Positions 43,928-45,756 of a DNA stretch of 45,756 bases are shown piece after piece. Below the pieces are notes generated by a model. The model was not told where the DNA came from, did no database searches, and saw nothing but the letters and a program-made list of their open reading frames with translations. The first letter of the stretch is position 1; each line of letters starts with the position of its first letter. A program made the position numbers and the translations under genes. This DNA is from a virus (lineage: Duplodnaviria; Caudoviricetes), in IMG/VR virus record IMGVR_UViG_3300033076_001086, positions 1 through 45,756 of that record. One strand, 5' to 3'.

Positions 43928-44353
43928 ATGCATACAGTTATTTCCCGAACCGACGCCGCCGCCGCTGGTGCTCGTTTCTTCTACACCGGGCGGCCCTGCA
44001 CGCGAGGCCATGACTGCCTGCGCTACACCAGCACCGGCAACTGCGTGGAGTGCCACCGGGCCCGCGGGCAGGTTCTGACCAGCAACGCCAAGCAAGGCCG
44101 GATCGCCCGGATGCGCGAGCACTTTTCGTATGAGCTGCACCCTGACGACCACGCTGCCGCCCTGGCGTTCTGTCAGGCGCTGGACATTCAGCGGGGAGTC
44201 ATACCCAAGTCCGCACCCGCAAGGCCTGCACCGCGCACGATCACGCCCGAGGAGATCGAGGCCCGGCGCCAGTGGGTCATCAACGGCGGCATGTACCCCC
44301 AAGCCCGAGGCCCCGCGGCGGCCAGGGACGACTTCCCCCCGCTGTCAAATTGA
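43928..44353 (+). CDS. Zn-binding protein (YTGRPC..GH...RY....CVEC), no HNH domain visible
   Basis: The motif is commonly N-terminal to phage HNH nucleases; here it stands alone. Confidence 0.7.
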   Translation: MHTVISRTDAAAAGARFFYTGRPCTRGHDCLRYTSTGNCVECHRARGQVLTSNAKQGRIARMREHFSYELHPDDHAAALAFCQALDIQRGVIPKSAPARPAPRTITPEEIEARRQWVINGGMYPQARGPAAARDDFPPLSN

Positions 44354-44364
44354 GGTACACTGGC

Positions 44365-44558
44365 GGCTCCCAATGGCACTGAGTTAGCGGAGCCCACGAA
44401 AGGGCCAGCCGCAAGGCACAACCTCCGGTGTTACCCCGGAGCGTGGCGCCCGGTTTCTCTAGGTCGGGGAATTTCAATGCAGCCGAAGCCACAAGCTGCG
44501 TGACGATGGCAAACGCTTTGCCCCTAAGCCCCCGGACTTGCAACTCCCGGGGGCTTTT
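44365..44558 (+). ncRNA. Candidate multi-hairpin structured RNA
   Basis: Six consecutive hairpins plus a terminator in an intergenic gap; TACACT -10-like box at 44356. Confidence 0.45.
44526..44558 (+). terminator. Intrinsic terminator
   Basis: AAGCCCCCGG-11nt-CCGGGGGCTT-TT. Confidence 0.75.
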
Positions 44559-44579
44559 GCATTTCTGGACGGGCGGCAC

Positions 44580-44609
44580 TTGACGGTTCGGTCAAGTGTG
44601 GGTAATACT
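44580..44609 (+). promoter_or_regulatory. Sigma70-type early promoter
   Basis: TTGACG-18bp-AATACT; heptamer at 44602 overlaps the -10; upstream GACGGGCGGCAC resembles the upstream element of the other early promoters. Confidence 0.65.
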
Positions 44610-44636
44610 TCAACTCCCAACCACAAGGAGTTAAAC

Positions 44637-44672
44637 ATGGCCGCACGCAAACCCACCGGAGCCAAGTCATGA
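44637..44672 (+). CDS. 11-aa leader mini-cistron [11 protein letters not shown]
   Basis: Strong AAGGAG RBS; stop overlaps the next ATG (ATGA). Confidence 0.45.
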   Translation: MAARKPTGAKS

Positions 44673-45517
44673 GCGACCGCAATATTCAGGAGCGAGTGGA
44701 GTACACCCAGCCCCAACGCGAGACGGCTTACGCCATGCTCGACCGCAAGCTGCGGAGCATGCCGGACTACCCGGAGTTGTCGGGCGCGCTGGAGTGCCTC
44801 TACGCGCCCTCCCAAGCAGCGCAAGCCGACCTGAACGCGGAATACACGCGGGGCCGTTCTGATGGGTGGGAGGCGGCGAAAGCCAGCAAGGCCGAGCAGG
44901 CAGAAGCGCCGAGCGATATGGGCTCATTCGGGCACAGGTGTCTTGCGGTGACGGGTCATCGCGGAGGAGTGTTCGTCTGCCAGTCGGCAGGGCATGCCGT
45001 GTCACAGAACAGCTACTGCAGGGACTGCACCTGTCCTGCCGCCACCCACCCCACGGCCAGCAATGCGGGAGAGCGGGAGGCGCACGCCCGCATGATCGCG
45101 GACTTCCCGGCATTGAGCCTTTTTCACACCAAGCACGCGCTGGGGCCGATGACTGCACCTTCGTGCCTGTGCTGCGGGCAGTTGCCGGAATCGATCGCCA
45201 TCAAGCATGCCGAGCTGCCTGGGATTGTGATCTGCACAAAGTGCCGAGACGCCGCCCTCGCCAGCAATCCGCCTGCCGAGGAGCAGAAGCCGGTGGAAGG
45301 TGGGGCGAACTACACGCTGACCATCGTTGCCGACAGCGGGTATGAGGCGACCACCGAGGGGCGCTGTACGGCGGAGCAATACGGCGCTGCGATTGGCGCG
45401 CTTCATGGCGTCGTTGCGCAACCCGAGCAGGTGGCGCAGGACAGCCCGCTCACAACGTCGCAACTCGCATCGGCGTGCATGGCGTTTATCCGAAAGCAAG
45501 GTGGTGGCAATGTCTGA
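44669..45517 (+). CDS. Mosaic Cys-rich hypothetical protein (282 aa)
   Basis: Long ORF with several CxxC pairs and Ala/Gln linkers. Confidence 0.7.
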   Translation: MSDRNIQERVEYTQPQRETAYAMLDRKLRSMPDYPELSGALECLYAPSQAAQADLNAEYTRGRSDGWEAAKASKAEQAEAPSDMGSFGHRCLAVTGHRGGVFVCQSAGHAVSQNSYCRDCTCPAATHPTASNAGEREAHARMIADFPALSLFHTKHALGPMTAPSCLCCGQLPESIAIKHAELPGIVICTKCRDAALASNPPAEEQKPVEGGANYTLTIVADSGYEATTEGRCTAEQYGAAIGALHGVVAQPEQVAQDSPLTTSQLASACMAFIRKQGGGNV

Positions 45518-45756
45518 GACGCATCAGAGCCTTCTCGCACCAGTGGCCAACAAGTTTCACGTTGGCAACGGTGACGACGGCAAACACTACTGGCTCACGC
45601 CCCCCGAGTTGTACGCAGCCCTGAACGCAGAATTTCAGTTCGACTTCGATCCCTGCCCCTTTCCAAAGCCCGAAGGCTTTGACGGCCTAACCTGTGAATG
45701 GGGTTCGTCCAGCTACGTAAACCCGCCATTCGGTTCCATCATGCACATGGGCAAGA
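45510..45756 (+). CDS. N-terminal part of DNA N6-adenine methyltransferase (continues at 1-287)
   Basis: Hand translation: ...[26 protein letters not shown]...[19 protein letters not shown]; W.TP, F.FDPCP, DGL..W and NPPF are characteristic. Confidence 0.85.
   Translation, partial: MSETHQSLLAPVANKFHVGNGDDGKHYWLTPPELYAALNAEFQFDFDPCPFPKPEGFDGLTCEWGSSSYVNPPFGSIMHMGK

Noticed and set aside
44471-44525. Twister ribozyme or tmRNA tag (AATGCAGCCGA; GCAAAC)
   Set aside because: The pairings and 3' elements needed for a twister are missing, there are no tRNA-like ends, and GGCAAA simply pairs with TTTGCC.
293-44608. Heptamer as integron core site, CRISPR repeat or the betaproteobacterial GTWWAC methylation motif
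   Set aside because: It does not match GTTRRRY, there is no attC structure or integrase, spacing is irregular, and GTWWAC has a 2-bp core rather than 3 bp.

Overview
This window looks like one essentially complete, circularly permuted genome of a GC-rich lytic myovirus with Bcep781/OP2-like gene content; a proteobacterial, perhaps betaproteobacterial, host is inferred. The two ends join in frame inside an N6-adenine methyltransferase gene. Layout: small early genes behind repeated sigma70-type promoters (0.3-2.3, 5.6-6.3, 19.4-20.5, 44.6-45.7 kb); a stand-alone fibre module (2.3-5.6 kb); a replication block (NrS-1-like primase-polymerase/helicase, SF2 helicase, Cas4-like exonuclease, SSB, family A polymerase; 6.4-19.4 kb); a minus-strand late operon from terminase through head, contractile tail and baseplate to lysis (43.6 down to 20.5 kb); and an AT-rich ori/pac-like region at 43.6-43.9 kb. 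No integrase, tRNA or CRISPR array was seen. The most striking unexplained signal is the heptamer GT(A/C)ATAC / GTAT(T/G)AC. I counted about 60 copies by eye, versus roughly 5 expected from composition. It sits in or next to all seven TTGAC-type promoters, forms many gene junctions, is encoded by rare codons inside genes, and is exactly inverted between two near-identical promoter copies. Also notable: two candidate ncRNAs (one with an anti-Shine-Dalgarno tract), a Nudix-DUF2213 fusion, a chain of membrane micropeptides and a gene flanked by 59-bp repeats. All family calls come from motif recognition and synteny, not database searches.
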